Position numbers and translations under genes: made by a program. DNA of 61,667 bases, taken from a virus. Taxonomy: Duplodnaviria > Caudoviricetes. The DNA lies in IMG/VR virus record IMGVR_UViG_3300020468_000006, positions 1 through 61,667 of that record; one strand, 5' to 3'. Below are positions 60,424 through 61,667 of the stretch, in pieces. Below the pieces are notes generated by a model. The model saw only the letters and a list, made by a program, of their open reading frames with translations, was not told the origin of the DNA and made no database searches. Positions within the stretch are counted from its first letter, which is position 1; the number at the start of each line of letters is the position of its first letter.

Positions 60424-60969
60424 ATGTCAGTTTTAAATGTATTAGATACCCAAACAATCTCTGCTAATGGCAGTGGTTTTATTGTGGTGAAAACAGGAGT
60501 GCTCAGAGCATTCTGCACAGCAGCATCAACTATAAAAGTTGACGCAGGTCCTGCAATCGTACTTGCAGCAGGTGAAGCAATATTAATTTATTGTGGTAAA
60601 CCAAAGCATGCAAAGATCGCTGCAGCTACCGATGCTAACCCAACAGTCTTGACCATATCAGGATTCTCTGGTGGTGGTCGTCATACATTTAGTGCTGATG
60701 ATTATATCGAAACTGTAGATGGTGGTGACACTGATGGTTTCGTTGCTGCATTCGAATCTGCTGCTAGTGCAGGTAAAAAGGTTGCATCTGCAACTGGAAG
60801 TACCATCACTACAGATATAGATGCATCTGCTGCATCTGGTGATTATGCATTATCTGCTGCTGATTCTACTGCAGGAAATATTCCTCAAGTATCAAGAGCA
60901 GTTAAACTTACCGCAGGAGCTGGATCTGGTGGTGTAGTCATTGAGCAAGTCCAGATAGTAGGGGGTTAA
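60424..60969 (+). CDS. hypothetical Ala/Gly-rich protein, probably virion-associated
   Basis: 181 aa downstream of a late promoter. KIAAATDANPTVLT...HTF...DYI resembles beta modules of virion proteins. Confidence 0.7.
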   Translation: MSVLNVLDTQTISANGSGFIVVKTGVLRAFCTAASTIKVDAGPAIVLAAGEAILIYCGKPKHAKIAAATDANPTVLTISGFSGGGRHTFSADDYIETVDGGDTDGFVAAFESAASAGKKVASATGSTITTDIDASAASGDYALSAADSTAGNIPQVSRAVKLTAGAGSGGVVIEQVQIVGG

Positions 60970-60975
60970 GTTGGA

Positions 60976-61667
60976 ATGCCCGCAGTCTCCAAAAAACAAC
61001 AACGATTCTTCGGGATGGTTAGACAAGCTCAAAAGGAGGGTCAAGCGAAAGCTGCCTCACCTGAGGTTGCCAGAGTTGCTTCCAGCATAAAGAAAAAAGA
61101 TGCAAAAGACTTCGCATCCACTAAACATAAAGGGTTACCCATGAAAAAAGAATCTGCAATCAGTGAGGAAGGTTACGACAAGATGCGTGACAAGAAACTT
61201 GAGCGTGGAGAATGGAAAGGTGGTAAGTCCAATTACAAAGCACCTTACGAAACTGATAAGCAAAGATCAGAACGTATGAAAAAATCAGCAGCAAATTCCA
61301 TGAAAGCATTAAACATTGTCAAAGATGCCATTCGTAAGAAGCACGGTAAAGGTGCTATTATGGGTGAAGAGAATCTTTCTGAACTAGATAAAAAGACACT
61401 AGGAAGTTATGTTAGAAAGTCTTCTGCTAGTATGGCAGGTGCTGCAATCGATAATGATATGAAAAAGGTTGGTAAAAGATACTCTGGTATCCAGAAAGCA
61501 ACTAAGAAGATGGCAGAGCATCATGAGAAAGATGAGAATGGCAAAGTTATAGAGCATGAGGTGGAAGATACTACACCCAGTTCAGTAGAAGAAGCAGCGT
61601 ACACAGGACCTAACAAAGAAGATAGAAAGCAAATAAAGAAAATGGATAAACCTAGTTATGCTAAGAA
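60976..61667 (+). CDS. Lys-rich protein with DUF3008-like N-terminus, 3'-truncated by window edge
   Basis: Not in the ORF track. It is open from the ATG at 60976 to the window end: MPAVSKKQQRFFGMVR...DAKDFASTKHKGLP..., followed by basic segments separated by Glu motifs. Confidence 0.8.
   Translation, partial: MPAVSKKQQRFFGMVRQAQKEGQAKAASPEVARVASSIKKKDAKDFASTKHKGLPMKKESAISEEGYDKMRDKKLERGEWKGGKSNYKAPYETDKQRSERMKKSAANSMKALNIVKDAIRKKHGKGAIMGEENLSELDKKTLGSYVRKSSASMAGAAIDNDMKKVGKRYSGIQKATKKMAEHHEKDENGKVIEHEVEDTTPSSVEEAAYTGPNKEDRKQIKKMDKPSYAK

Noticed and set aside
3603-60518. Numerous minus-strand and alternate-frame ORFs of 60-221 aa in the ORF track (e.g. 54420..55085, 46978..47460, 45712..46134)
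   Set aside because: They overlap long, well-supported + strand genes. They are the expected shadow of biased codons in Thr/Gly/Ala/Val-rich proteins and show no recognisable motifs.
1-61667. tRNA or rRNA genes, integrase, transposase
   Set aside because: No cloverleaf, rRNA-like or recombinase signatures were seen. The intergenic gaps outside 460-1300 are too short.

Overview
This ~62 kb, AT-rich window is the virion-structural region of a T4-like marine myovirus, most consistent with a cyanomyovirus (Kyanoviridae-like). The assignment rests on gene content and order and on recurrent (A/C)TAAATA late promoters. All credible genes lie on the + strand. From left to right: a partial 2OG-Fe(II) oxygenase; a non-coding control region with divergent sigma70 promoters and a pair of DnaA boxes; small ORFs including NlpC/P60 and AbrB-like genes; a 1255-aa structural protein; a PAAR-like spike tip; gp25; gp6; a giant 8580-aa gp7-like baseplate protein; a YHYH/Ig protein; a gp9-like fibre with a cupredoxin-like C-terminus; a structural protein; gp8; VrlC/DUF4815; a long tail fibre; gp13, gp14, gp15 and gp16; and the start of the variable region after gp16. 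The two most striking observations are inside gp7. (1) About seven helical repeats resemble phycobiliprotein (globin-like) subunits, and most keep Cys residues at positions equivalent to both bilin-attachment sites, which raises the hypothesis of a pigmented or light-responsive baseplate. (2) Eighteen beta-repeat modules, and the helical domains themselves, are nested inside one another like balanced parentheses, implying a branched protein architecture. Both are by-eye sequence inferences and need profile, structural and experimental tests.
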